Below, in pieces: positions 9,533-18,147 of a DNA stretch of 64,000 nt. Below the pieces are notes generated by a model, which did no database searches, was not told the origin of the DNA, and worked only from the letters and a program-made list of their open reading frames with translations. The stretch covers positions 1,449 through 65,448 of the forward strand of contig JBJEBQ010000020.1 in NCBI GenBank assembly GCA_051870215.1, written 5' to 3'. The DNA comes from Candidatus Cryptobacteroides sp. (lineage in GTDB: Bacteria > Bacteroidota > Bacteroidia > Bacteroidales > UBA932). Within the stretch, counting starts at the first letter, position 1. Every line of letters begins with the position of its first letter. The translations under genes were made by a program, and so were the position numbers.

Positions 9533-10564
9533 TTATATGTTGCTTTCGAATTCTTTGAGGAAGCGGAGGTCGTTCTCGAAGTAGTTGCGGAGGTCTTTGA
9601 CCTGCCATTTGAGCATTGCGATACGCTCGACGCCCATACCGAAGGCAAAACCGCTGTATTTGCTGCTGTCGATGCCCGAAGCCTCGAGGACATTAGGGTC
9701 AACCATACCGCAGCCGAGAATTTCGAGCCAGCCGGTGCCTTTGCAGATGTTGCAGCCTTTGCCGTGGCAGATATTACAGCTCACGTCAACCTCTGCGGAA
9801 GGCTCGGTAAACGGAAAGTACGACGGACGCATACGGATCTGGGTCTCCGGTCCGAACATCTCGCGGGCGAAAAGCAGGATAGCCTGCTTCATATCTGCAA
9901 ATGTCACATTTTCATCGATATACAAGCCCTCAACCTGGTGGAAGATGCAGTGTGCGCGTGCAGAAATGGCCTCATTGCGGAACACCCTTCCGGGACAGAC
10001 GATACGGATAGGAAGCGGCATTTTTTCCATTGCCCGCACCTGTACGCTCGAAGTGTGGGTACGCAGGAGAATAGGATTCAGCGCACCGTCGGTGATGAAG
10101 AAAGTGTCCTGCATTTCACGGGCAGGATGCTCGGGAGGGAAATTCAGAGCCTCGAAAACGTGATAATCGTCTTCGATTTCAGGTCCTTCAGCCACGTCGT
10201 AACCGAATTTGCGGAAAATTCCCACGATCTCCTCGCGGACGATGGACACAGGGTGACGCGAACCGAGCGGATAAGGATCGCCCGGCATGGTGCAGTCTGT
10301 AGCCGAACCCGCAGACACTGCACCAGCCTCAGCCTTGCTCTTCAATTCCTCAATCTTGGCCGCCGCCGCATTCTTGAGCTGATTGAGCTTCTGACCGAAT
10401 TCACGTTTATATTCCGGAGCAACTGTTTTGAATTCATCAAAAAGTGCGGTAATTTCACCTTTTTTACCGAGCCATTTGATTCTCGCCTGCTCGACTTCCT
10501 GTGCACTCGCCTCTTTAAGTGCTTCAATTTCAGCCATCAAGGCTTCTATTCTTTCCTTAGTCAT
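9533..10564 (-). CDS. pheS: Phenylalanine--tRNA ligase alpha subunit
   Basis: 343 aa with an N-terminal coiled region and a class II core (FPPEHPAREMQDTFF, LRTHTSSVQVR, GFAFGMGVERIAML). Confidence 0.95.
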   Translation of the reverse strand: MTKERIEALMAEIEALKEASAQEVEQARIKWLGKKGEITALFDEFKTVAPEYKREFGQKLNQLKNAAAAKIEELKSKAEAGAVSAGSATDCTMPGDPYPLGSRHPVSIVREEIVGIFRKFGYDVAEGPEIEDDYHVFEALNFPPEHPAREMQDTFFITDGALNPILLRTHTSSVQVRAMEKMPLPIRIVCPGRVFRNEAISARAHCIFHQVEGLYIDENVTFADMKQAILLFAREMFGPETQIRMRPSYFPFTEPSAEVDVSCNICHGKGCNICKGTGWLEILGCGMVDPNVLEASGIDSSKYSGFAFGMGVERIAMLKWQVKDLRNYFENDLRFLKEFESNI

Positions 10565-10594
10565 TTCTATATAACTCTTAAATTATCTTTCAAA

Positions 10595-11002
10595 TCAATT
10601 CTGCGCTTTCTTACGGCGCTTCTCCCTTTTTTTCATTTCTTTGGCCACACCGGTCTTCAGATATTTCTCCCACTGCTCCGCGGTGAAAATCTTCTTGTAT
10701 GAAGCGTCAATCGCCTCCATCCATTTGTCCTGAACCGCCTGATATGAATTCGAATTTTCCACTTTCATCTTCTGCAGTTTCTCATACTCCGCCTGCATGG
10801 CCGTCAGATCGTGCTTCAACGTGGAATCCACATAAAAGGCCTGCCAATCTTCGAGCTCAAGCTTTGTCTGAAGACGGTCCGCCTCCTCTTCGATTCTTTC
10901 CTCCAAAGACGGCTGTTTCTCCTTCTCCTGGGCAAACGCCGGCACGCAGAACATACAAAACGCCAATATCAAAACAGATTCAAGTACTCTCTTCATATCC
11001 AA
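10595..11002 (-). CDS. Hypothetical secreted protein, Lys-rich C-terminus
   Basis: Signal peptide (VLILAFCMFCVPAFAQ), predicted helical and charged body, and KKREKRRKKAQN tail. No family recognised. Confidence 0.6.
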   Translation of the reverse strand: MDMKRVLESVLILAFCMFCVPAFAQEKEKQPSLEERIEEEADRLQTKLELEDWQAFYVDSTLKHDLTAMQAEYEKLQKMKVENSNSYQAVQDKWMEAIDASYKKIFTAEQWEKYLKTGVAKEMKKREKRRKKAQN

Positions 11003-11062
11003 ACTTCTTTAAGCAATTTTCATCATTTCCCGACAAAGGTAGCAAAAAACACATTTTTTTCC

Positions 11063-11070
11063 TATTTTTG
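11063..11070 (+). promoter_or_regulatory. Candidate -7 box for the C69 dipeptidase gene
   Basis: TATTTTTG 28 nt upstream of the ATG at 11098. The track start at 11077 is a TTG only 7 nt downstream of this box. Confidence 0.4.
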
Positions 11071-11097
11071 TAAGAATTGTTTGAAAAGAATAAAAAT

Positions 11098-12867
11098 ATG
11101 AATAGAAGAATGAAATTGGCGGCCTGGGCGTTGGGAATGTTGGCGGCCGTGGTGTCGGGAGAAATTAATTCAAATGCGTGCACAAATGTGCTCATAACGA
11201 AGGGAGCGAGTGCCGACGGCTCGTGTATGGTGTCGTATGCGGCTGACAGTCACCAGCTTTACGGCGAATTGTACTACCTCGCGGGAGGAAAATGGGAGCG
11301 TGGAGCAATGAGGCGGATTACAGATTGGGACAGCGGAAAACCGCTCGGAGAGATTCCCCAGCCGGCGTTCACCTACCAGAGGGTGGGAAATATGAACGAG
11401 CACCAGCTGATTATTGCGGAGACGACCTACGGCGGACGTCCCGAATTGTGGGATTCAACCGGAGTAATGGACTATGGTTCATTGATTTATGTTGCTTTGG
11501 AAAGAGCCAAGACAGCCCGCGAGGCCATTGATGTAATCGTCTCTCTGGCAAATGAATACGGCTACTATTCCGAGGGCGAGTCATTCTCGATTGCGGACAA
11601 GGACGAAGTGTGGGTGATGGACCTTATCGGCAAGGGTCCGGGCAACAAAGGCATCGTGTGGGTGGCACGCAGGGTTCCCGACGGATATATCTGTGCGCAC
11701 GCCAACCAGGCACGCATCAGCACTTTTCCGTTGAATGACCCCGAGAACTGTCTGTATGCGCCTGATGTCATCAGTTTTGCACGCGGGAAAGGCTGGTTCA
11801 GCGGCGAGGACAAGGATTTCAGCTTCTGCGACGCATACGCACCGCTGGATTTCGGCGGAATGAGGGGCTGCGAGGCACGCGCATGGGCGGCGTTCAACAT
11901 ACTTTGCGACGGCAACTTCACTTTCACCGATGAGAACGGTCTGGAGGTGACCCGCCCTGCAATGGACTACATCGACTATGCCATGGGCTATGACAAGACA
12001 AAACGCTTCCCGCTTTTCGTCAAACCTGCACGCAAAATCACAGTCACAGACGTGGCGAATGTGATGAGGGACCACTACGAGAATACTCCTATGGATATGC
12101 GAGGCGACATCGGAGCAGGCGGGAATGCCCTGCCTTACAGATGGAGACCTATGTCTTTCAAGTATGAGGGCAAGACCTATATGAACGAGCGTGCGATTGC
12201 TACCCAGCAGACAGGTTTCTGGTTTGTGGGACAGGCGCGCAGCCAGTATCCTGACGAAATCGGAGGCATCATCTGGTTCGGTACTGACGACGCCGCAACC
12301 TCCTATCTGACACCGATTTACACTTCCACAAACGAGGTGCCTGAATGCTTTAGGCCCGGCAACGGCAGCATGATCAGCTACTCGCCTACTTCGGCATTCT
12401 GGATGACCAACCGCGTGGCCAATGCCTGCTACAGGATGTACAACATCATGGAACCGACCGTCCGCGCAGAGATTGACAAATGGCAGGCTGAAATGGATGC
12501 TGCCGTGGCTGCAATGGACGCGGAGGCTCTTGAGTTATACAAAGAACTCGACAGCAGACCGCGCATGAAAATCCGCCGCAATGACAAGCTCAGGAAGACA
12601 GCATATCCTTTCGGCCCGGTTCGCGAAAAACTGACGGAATTTTCTATAGCCAAAGCTCAGGTAATTTTTGACAGATGGGTGGCTTTAGAGCAGCTCCTGC
12701 TCGTCAAATACATCGACGGCAATGTCAAGGCCCAGAATGCTGACGGCAGTTTTGTCACCAACCCTTACACCGACTGCATTCCTGACGGCATCACCCAGCC
12801 GGGCTACACGGAAAAATGGAAAGAAGCCGTGGCCAAAGACCATGGCGAGGTCATTGAAGAACGATAA
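11098..12867 (+). CDS. C69-family dipeptidase
   Basis: Signal peptide followed by NACTNVLITKGASADGS, the N-terminal nucleophile Cys context of C69 peptidases. Length about 590 aa. Confidence 0.85.
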   Translation: MNRRMKLAAWALGMLAAVVSGEINSNACTNVLITKGASADGSCMVSYAADSHQLYGELYYLAGGKWERGAMRRITDWDSGKPLGEIPQPAFTYQRVGNMNEHQLIIAETTYGGRPELWDSTGVMDYGSLIYVALERAKTAREAIDVIVSLANEYGYYSEGESFSIADKDEVWVMDLIGKGPGNKGIVWVARRVPDGYICAHANQARISTFPLNDPENCLYAPDVISFARGKGWFSGEDKDFSFCDAYAPLDFGGMRGCEARAWAAFNILCDGNFTFTDENGLEVTRPAMDYIDYAMGYDKTKRFPLFVKPARKITVTDVANVMRDHYENTPMDMRGDIGAGGNALPYRWRPMSFKYEGKTYMNERAIATQQTGFWFVGQARSQYPDEIGGIIWFGTDDAATSYLTPIYTSTNEVPECFRPGNGSMISYSPTSAFWMTNRVANACYRMYNIMEPTVRAEIDKWQAEMDAAVAAMDAEALELYKELDSRPRMKIRRNDKLRKTAYPFGPVREKLTEFSIAKAQVIFDRWVALEQLLLVKYIDGNVKAQNADGSFVTNPYTDCIPDGITQPGYTEKWKEAVAKDHGEVIEER

Positions 12868-12880
12868 ATATTAAAAAAAT

Positions 12881-14869
12881 ATGAAAAAGAAATCCGTATT
12901 TTTGAAAAACTGGCAGAAGAATCTGCTCCAGCTCGGAGTGCTCCTTGCCCTTATAGTTTTCATCACAGGCCTGGTCAAGTCTGCCGAGCCTGCAGATCCT
13001 GAGAAATACTGTCCTGTAGGCGGCTTGGAGGCTTTCACGACTTATCTTGTCAACGGTTCTCTGCCCTGCTCAATGAGTTCAGTGCAGATTATGATGGGCC
13101 TCGTACTCGCCGCTGCAGTCATATTATTCAGCAAACTGTTCTGCGGATATCTCTGTCCAGTAGGCACAGTGGAAGACCTGATGACACGACTGCGCAAGGC
13201 TGTGCATTTCAAAGCCCTCAAAGTGCGCAACGGAAGCATTGCGGATTCAATCCTGCGCATAATCAAATACATACTCCTGTTCTGGATTTTCTATATGACA
13301 GCCACAGCCAGCGAGCTTTTCTGCAAGAATCTCGACCCGTACTATGCCGTTGCGACCGGCTTCAAAGGCGAAATCACGCTCTGGATGTCGATAGTCACCT
13401 TGGTGCTTGTCATCGTCGGAGGATTCCTGATTGACAGATTCTGGTGCAAATACCTCTGCCCGCTCGGAGCCATTTCCAATTCACTGAAATTCTGGGAATG
13501 GATTGCCGTGCTTTTCCTCATATATTGGATTCTGGGCATTATAGGCCTGCACATTCCATGGTTCTGGCTGCTCGCTGCGTTCTGCCTGCTCGGTTACCTG
13601 CTTGAAATTCTGTGCAGAAAGCCTAAGCTCCAGCTGCTACATATCGTCAAGGACGAGAGTGTCTGCAACCATTGCGGAGCCTGCAGCAAACACTGTCCTT
13701 ACGGCATCAATCTTGAGGAATTCGGCGGCTGCATCAATCACGTGGACTGTACGCTCTGTGGAGACTGCGTGGCGGCATGTACGACCAAGGCGCTCAATGT
13801 CGGCGTGACGAAACCTGCGCACAACAAATTCATGAACTACCTGCCTGCAATACTCACGGTAGTGCTTTTCGCAGTCGCCGTGGTAGCCGGCAATCAGTTT
13901 GAGCTTCCTACCATCGACGAGAAATGGGGCATTGAAAATGTAGACGAATCCGGGCTTGAAACCTGCGAAATCGAAGGTCTGCGCTCTGTCAAATGCTACG
14001 GCAGTTCTATGGCGTTCAAGGCAAAACTTGAGCAGATTCCTGGCGTCTATGGTGTGAAGACCTACGTCAACCACCACAGAGCCGTAATCACATACGACCC
14101 GGCCAAAATCACTCCGGAACGCATTCAGGAACTGATTTTCGTACCATCAAACTTCAGGGTGAACTCTCCTGATCCAGATGAAGTGTCACAGGTGAAAGTC
14201 ATCACCTTCCGTACCGAGAATATGTACGACAAGATGGATATCAACTATCTCGGACTGCAGATGCGCCAGACGGACAAGAAGATTTACGGACTTGAGACTG
14301 AGTTCGGCTGCCCTCTCATTGTGCGTATGTATATGGACCCTGAAGAGACTGTGGACAAGGCCTGGCTGAAGAATATCACTGAAATGAAGGAACTCGAAAT
14401 GCCTGTTCACGGCGGCGGAAGCAAAGTAATTCCGGTGGATTTCAAATTTGTGTCACTCGAGGAAGGCGAGAGCTATATCAGCCTTGAGGAATACCTCAAG
14501 AAGATGTTCAAAGGCTTCAAGGCCGAGTTCAAGAGCCGTGTGGAAGCAGCTGAAGGCAAGGCACAGTTCATATACGAAATCCCTGACCAGAATTACGAAA
14601 AACCTATCATCCTCAGAAATATGCCTTTCGTCAGCAACCATCTTTCGAGCCACGAGGGCATCATAGGCATCTATCTGAATCTCAATGCGGAGCTTGTGCC
14701 TGCCATCCAAATCAGATATTGCGAGCCTATGACCGAGGCCGAAATCTGGAAACTGCTCACCATGGACACCTGGACCATCACCTACAAGGCCGATGACGTG
14801 CGCGAGGAGCCTGCCAAACTTTCGTTCAAGACTCCGGGACACTCTCTGCCATACGCAGTTATGGAATAA
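12881..14869 (+). CDS. Membrane 4Fe-4S binding protein (NapH/NosR-like N-terminus) with a long unassigned C-terminal region
   Basis: Membrane CxxCP-type motifs (CGYLCPVG, WCKYLCPLG) and two ferredoxin motifs (CNHCGACSKHCP, CTLCGDCVAAC). These are followed by about 300 aa including an HMA-like segment without CxxC. Confidence 0.75.
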   Translation: MKKKSVFLKNWQKNLLQLGVLLALIVFITGLVKSAEPADPEKYCPVGGLEAFTTYLVNGSLPCSMSSVQIMMGLVLAAAVILFSKLFCGYLCPVGTVEDLMTRLRKAVHFKALKVRNGSIADSILRIIKYILLFWIFYMTATASELFCKNLDPYYAVATGFKGEITLWMSIVTLVLVIVGGFLIDRFWCKYLCPLGAISNSLKFWEWIAVLFLIYWILGIIGLHIPWFWLLAAFCLLGYLLEILCRKPKLQLLHIVKDESVCNHCGACSKHCPYGINLEEFGGCINHVDCTLCGDCVAACTTKALNVGVTKPAHNKFMNYLPAILTVVLFAVAVVAGNQFELPTIDEKWGIENVDESGLETCEIEGLRSVKCYGSSMAFKAKLEQIPGVYGVKTYVNHHRAVITYDPAKITPERIQELIFVPSNFRVNSPDPDEVSQVKVITFRTENMYDKMDINYLGLQMRQTDKKIYGLETEFGCPLIVRMYMDPEETVDKAWLKNITEMKELEMPVHGGGSKVIPVDFKFVSLEEGESYISLEEYLKKMFKGFKAEFKSRVEAAEGKAQFIYEIPDQNYEKPIILRNMPFVSNHLSSHEGIIGIYLNLNAELVPAIQIRYCEPMTEAEIWKLLTMDTWTITYKADDVREEPAKLSFKTPGHSLPYAVME

Positions 14870-14945
14870 TTTTTTAGTCTCAGTATGGACATTTGAGTTT
14901 TGCCCATGCTGAGGCCTAATTTTAAAAAGCCACCTTCAAAACAAA

Positions 14946-17180
14946 ATGAAATATTTTAAATTCCTACTAATCAGTTCTTTGTGCCTTTTAATGGCAGCAC
15001 CGGCCCTACGTGCGGACGAAGGAATGTGGATGATAAACGCCATCAATTCGGCGATTGAGAAGAATATGAAGGCTCGCGGACTCAAACTCTCCGCCCGCGA
15101 AATCTACAACGCAGATGCTGATGGAGCAGGTCTGTCGGACGCCGTTGTGTCATTGGAATTCGGCTGCACAGGCAGCATTATTTCAGACAGAGGCTTAGTG
15201 ATTACCAACCACCATTGCGCCTACGGGGATGTCCATGCCCTCAGCAGCGATGAGCACAACTATCTCGAAGATGGCTTTTGGGCAATGACCTCCAATGAGG
15301 AAGTCCCAATCAGGGGCAAGCAGATGCTTTTCCTCAAGAAGGTGTTTGACGTGACCGAGGAAGTCAGGGATTTGTCCGAACAGCTCCGAAAAGAGGGCAA
15401 GCCTTTTGGTATGCGCAGACTTTCTTCCATTATGGAAAGGAAATATTCGAAGGAATACGGCTATGAGGCTTATCTTTCGTCAATGTGGTCAGGCACAGAG
15501 TATTACATCGCACTCTACCAGGTATATTCGGACGTGCGGCTGGTAGCTGCCCCGCCTGTGTCGATGTCGGCTTTCGGCGGAGACATAGACAACTGGGAGT
15601 GGCCGCAGCACAAATGCGATTTTGCAATGTACCGCATATATACCGCCCCTGACGGTTCTCCTGCCACTTATTCAGAGGAGAATGTGCCGCTCGTACCGTC
15701 CAGAAAACTGAACATTTCCCTCGCCGGCTATCGTCCGGGCGACTTTACCATGGTCATAGGCTATCCGGGCCGCACAAAGAGATACGTGAACTCCGATGTG
15801 CTGAATCTGCAGATGACATCCAGGCTTCCTGTTTCCAATGAGATACGCGGGGAGCAGATCAGGATTATGAACGCTCTCATGAATGCCGATCCCGCTGTAA
15901 GGCTGAAATATTCGGATTTTTATTTCTCGCTCACCAATGTCCAGGAACTGAACGAGGGCCAGGTGCAGTGCTGCAAACGCTTCGGAACAGTGGCAGGCAA
16001 AGCCGCAGAGGAGAGGCAGCTGCAGGCATGGATTGACGCAGACCCGGCACGACAGGCAAAATGGGGCAGTCTGCTGCAGAATCTGCATGATGAATGCGGG
16101 GCGGTCAGCGACATTGTGCGCAATAAGACTGTCTTTCAGGAGACTATCGTCCGCGGCAACAATCTCTCGCGTTTCTGCTCGAGAATCCACGCCTGCAACA
16201 GGGAGAAAGACCCTGAAAGCTGCGCAAACAGGCTCAAATTGGCGCTTTCGACCATTGGGCGTGACGCTGCAGACTATGACATGAAGGTGGAGAAAGCCCT
16301 TTTCCGCTATTCTTTCACAAAGTACATGACTGAGATTGACGCAGAATATTTCGGCCCGTATCAGAGTGAAATAGCGGCCGCTTTGGGCTTGCCGGCAGAC
16401 GCTGCGCAACGCAAGACTGCAGCAATAACGGCTGCACTGCAGGCAAAGGCCGATGAAATCTGGGACAACAGTCTGCTCACCCACCCCGAGCGCCATGCCG
16501 AACTCGAGGGGAAATGTCTCTGCGATATGAACAACGACCCTTTCGTAAGGTTCATGAGCGATACAGAAATAATGGTTTTCAATGAAAAAATGCAGGAAGC
16601 GCAGGCCATTCCACTCAACGGACTTGAAAAGGAATACACCCGCGCCTTGTATGAAATGCGTGCTGAAAAAGGCATTGCGCAGTATCCTGATGCCAATTCC
16701 ACCATGCGCATCACCTACGGCACCGTGGGTGAAATTTCGCCTCGTGACGCGGTCAGATGTTCTTGGCACAGCACGACAAAGGGCATTTTGGAGAAATACA
16801 ATCCCGAAAGTTACGAGTTCACCCTCAGTGACAGCCAGCGTCAGCTTTATGCCGTCGGAGACTGGGGCCGCTGGGGCACACAGCCGTGGATACGTACCGC
16901 AGGAGGCAAATGGAAACATGACAGGAAGGCTCCGGCCGTCATGTACGTCAACTTCCTGACTGACAATGACATCACCGGTGGAAATTCAGGCTCGCCTGTC
17001 CTCAACGCACGCGGAGAACTGATAGGACTTGCTTTCGACGGCAACAAGGAATCCCTCGCCAGCGATGCCGAGTTCGTGGACGGCTACAACAAATGCGTCT
17101 GCGTCGACATCCGCTACATCCTCTGGACACTTGACCGCTACGCCGGCATGACCCGCATCCTCTCGGAGCTGGGGTATTGA
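14946..17180 (+). CDS. S46-family dipeptidyl-peptidase (DPP7/DPP11-like)
   Basis: Signal peptide, ADEGMW, catalytic His context VITNHHCAYG and Ser context ITGGNSGSPVLN. 744 aa. Confidence 0.9.
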   Translation: MKYFKFLLISSLCLLMAAPALRADEGMWMINAINSAIEKNMKARGLKLSAREIYNADADGAGLSDAVVSLEFGCTGSIISDRGLVITNHHCAYGDVHALSSDEHNYLEDGFWAMTSNEEVPIRGKQMLFLKKVFDVTEEVRDLSEQLRKEGKPFGMRRLSSIMERKYSKEYGYEAYLSSMWSGTEYYIALYQVYSDVRLVAAPPVSMSAFGGDIDNWEWPQHKCDFAMYRIYTAPDGSPATYSEENVPLVPSRKLNISLAGYRPGDFTMVIGYPGRTKRYVNSDVLNLQMTSRLPVSNEIRGEQIRIMNALMNADPAVRLKYSDFYFSLTNVQELNEGQVQCCKRFGTVAGKAAEERQLQAWIDADPARQAKWGSLLQNLHDECGAVSDIVRNKTVFQETIVRGNNLSRFCSRIHACNREKDPESCANRLKLALSTIGRDAADYDMKVEKALFRYSFTKYMTEIDAEYFGPYQSEIAAALGLPADAAQRKTAAITAALQAKADEIWDNSLLTHPERHAELEGKCLCDMNNDPFVRFMSDTEIMVFNEKMQEAQAIPLNGLEKEYTRALYEMRAEKGIAQYPDANSTMRITYGTVGEISPRDAVRCSWHSTTKGILEKYNPESYEFTLSDSQRQLYAVGDWGRWGTQPWIRTAGGKWKHDRKAPAVMYVNFLTDNDITGGNSGSPVLNARGELIGLAFDGNKESLASDAEFVDGYNKCVCVDIRYILWTLDRYAGMTRILSELGY

Positions 17181-17191
17181 GGATGATCACA

Positions 17192-17268
17192 ATATGTACA
17201 AGATCCTTCGACTCGCTGCGCTCGCTCAGGATGACAGAAAGGAGGCTGCGCTCGCTCAGGATGACAGA
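17192..17268 (+). repeat. Short copy of the intergenic repeat family, with an internal 24-nt direct duplication
   Basis: ATATGTACAAGAT (17192-17204) is identical to 57674-57686. GCTGCGCTCGCTCAGGATGACAGA occurs at 17215-17238 and again at 17245-17268. Confidence 0.75.
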
Positions 17269-17281
17269 TGGATGTTGCGCC

Positions 17282-18037
17282 CTATGCCTTCAGCGAAAGA
17301 GCGATTTTTTTATTGATTTTTTCGGCGGCGGCAAAGAGGGTGTGCAGGATATGTGTCTGGTTATGAATACGATATTTCGGGAGAAATGTTCCTATGCTCC
17401 CGATTACATGCCCTTCATTGAACAGAGGCACGGCAAAACCTATAAGGTCATTGTCGTCAATCTGTATTGAATAGCCGTTGTTCCTTATGGACGAAAGCAG
17501 GTTCCGCAATTCCCCTTCCGGATTCTGTGAGACATATATTTCCGGCCATTCTTTCTTCGACGGAATACCGTTTCTGATGATGAAGCGTTCGAGATGTGAA
17601 GGTGAATAATTGGCGAGAATCACCCTGCCTGTGTTTGCCATATAGACTGACTTGTCCTCGCTCGGACGTATGAACATGGTCCTGTCCGGCGTAGTGCTGT
17701 AGAGCGAAATCCTCTTGTCGTTTCTTATCACAGAAAGCAGAGTCGTCTCGTTCAGTTCCCTTCCCAAAATCTCCATGTCCTCCCTCGCTATCTTGGTCAG
17801 TTCCTCATTCATCACCTCGCCGCTTGTCATCTGATAGAGTGCATAACCCAATTTATATCCGCCTCGCGGTGTGGACTGCTGCACATAGCCGCCGTCAAGA
17901 AGCGTCTTGATTATATTTGCGCAGGTAGGACGCTCCATACCCAATATCCTGGCTATTTCACTCGGAGAAAATTCCTTCTGAGGCTGTTTTGAAAGCAGCT
18001 TCAGTATAGCCATCGCCTTGACAACCGATTTAATCAT
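17282..18037 (-). CDS. IclR-family transcriptional regulator
   Basis: N-terminal wHTH (ILKLLSKQPQKEFSPSEIARILGMERPTCANIIKTLLDGGYV) plus a C-terminal effector-binding domain. 251 aa. Confidence 0.85.
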   Translation of the reverse strand: MIKSVVKAMAILKLLSKQPQKEFSPSEIARILGMERPTCANIIKTLLDGGYVQQSTPRGGYKLGYALYQMTSGEVMNEELTKIAREDMEILGRELNETTLLSVIRNDKRISLYSTTPDRTMFIRPSEDKSVYMANTGRVILANYSPSHLERFIIRNGIPSKKEWPEIYVSQNPEGELRNLLSSIRNNGYSIQIDDNDLIGFAVPLFNEGHVIGSIGTFLPKYRIHNQTHILHTLFAAAEKINKKIALSLKA

Positions 18038-18061
18038 AAGTTTACATTATAAACAACGGTA

Positions 18062-18111
18062 CAAAAATACAAAATCTTTGATAGAACGCTGTCAAATTCT
18101 TGTTAAGTTTG
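18062..18111. promoter_or_regulatory. Divergent promoter region with candidate operator
   Basis: CAAAAATA (18062-18069) is a minus-strand -7 box 25 nt from the IclR ATG. TAAGTTTG (18104-18111) is a plus-strand -7 box 37 nt from the MFS ATG. TTTGA(18077-18081)-N10-TCAAA(18092-18096) is an inverted repeat between them. Confidence 0.4.
18071..18084 (+). repeat. Partial copy of the ATGAAA cassette (14-mer AAAATCTTTGATAG)
   Basis: 14/14 identical to 21889-21902. Confidence 0.7.
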
Positions 18112-18147
18112 TATCAAGGCAATAACATAAAAGGCCGAAAGTTTATA

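Noticed and set aside
9529-9702. N-terminal extension of the prenyltransferase ORF (track start 9702)
   Set aside because: The extension overlaps the 3' end of pheS by 170 nt and is Ser/Thr/Ala low-complexity. MRKHTFKEYL at 9528 gives a normal UbiA-family N-terminus 4 nt from the pheS stop.
9509-10702. 397-aa plus-strand ORF
   Set aside because: It lies entirely antisense to pheS and the neighbouring secreted-protein gene. Its composition is low-complexity (Arg/His/Phe-rich) with no recognisable motifs, so it is a shadow ORF of a high-confidence gene.
15672-16919. 415-aa minus-strand ORF
   Set aside because: It is antisense to the S46 peptidase gene, which has clear catalytic motifs. It is Cys/Arg/His-rich with no motifs.
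17215-17268. Possible CRISPR array
   Set aside because: There are only two 24-nt repeats with a 6-nt spacer and no cas genes. The sequence belongs to the intergenic repeat family.
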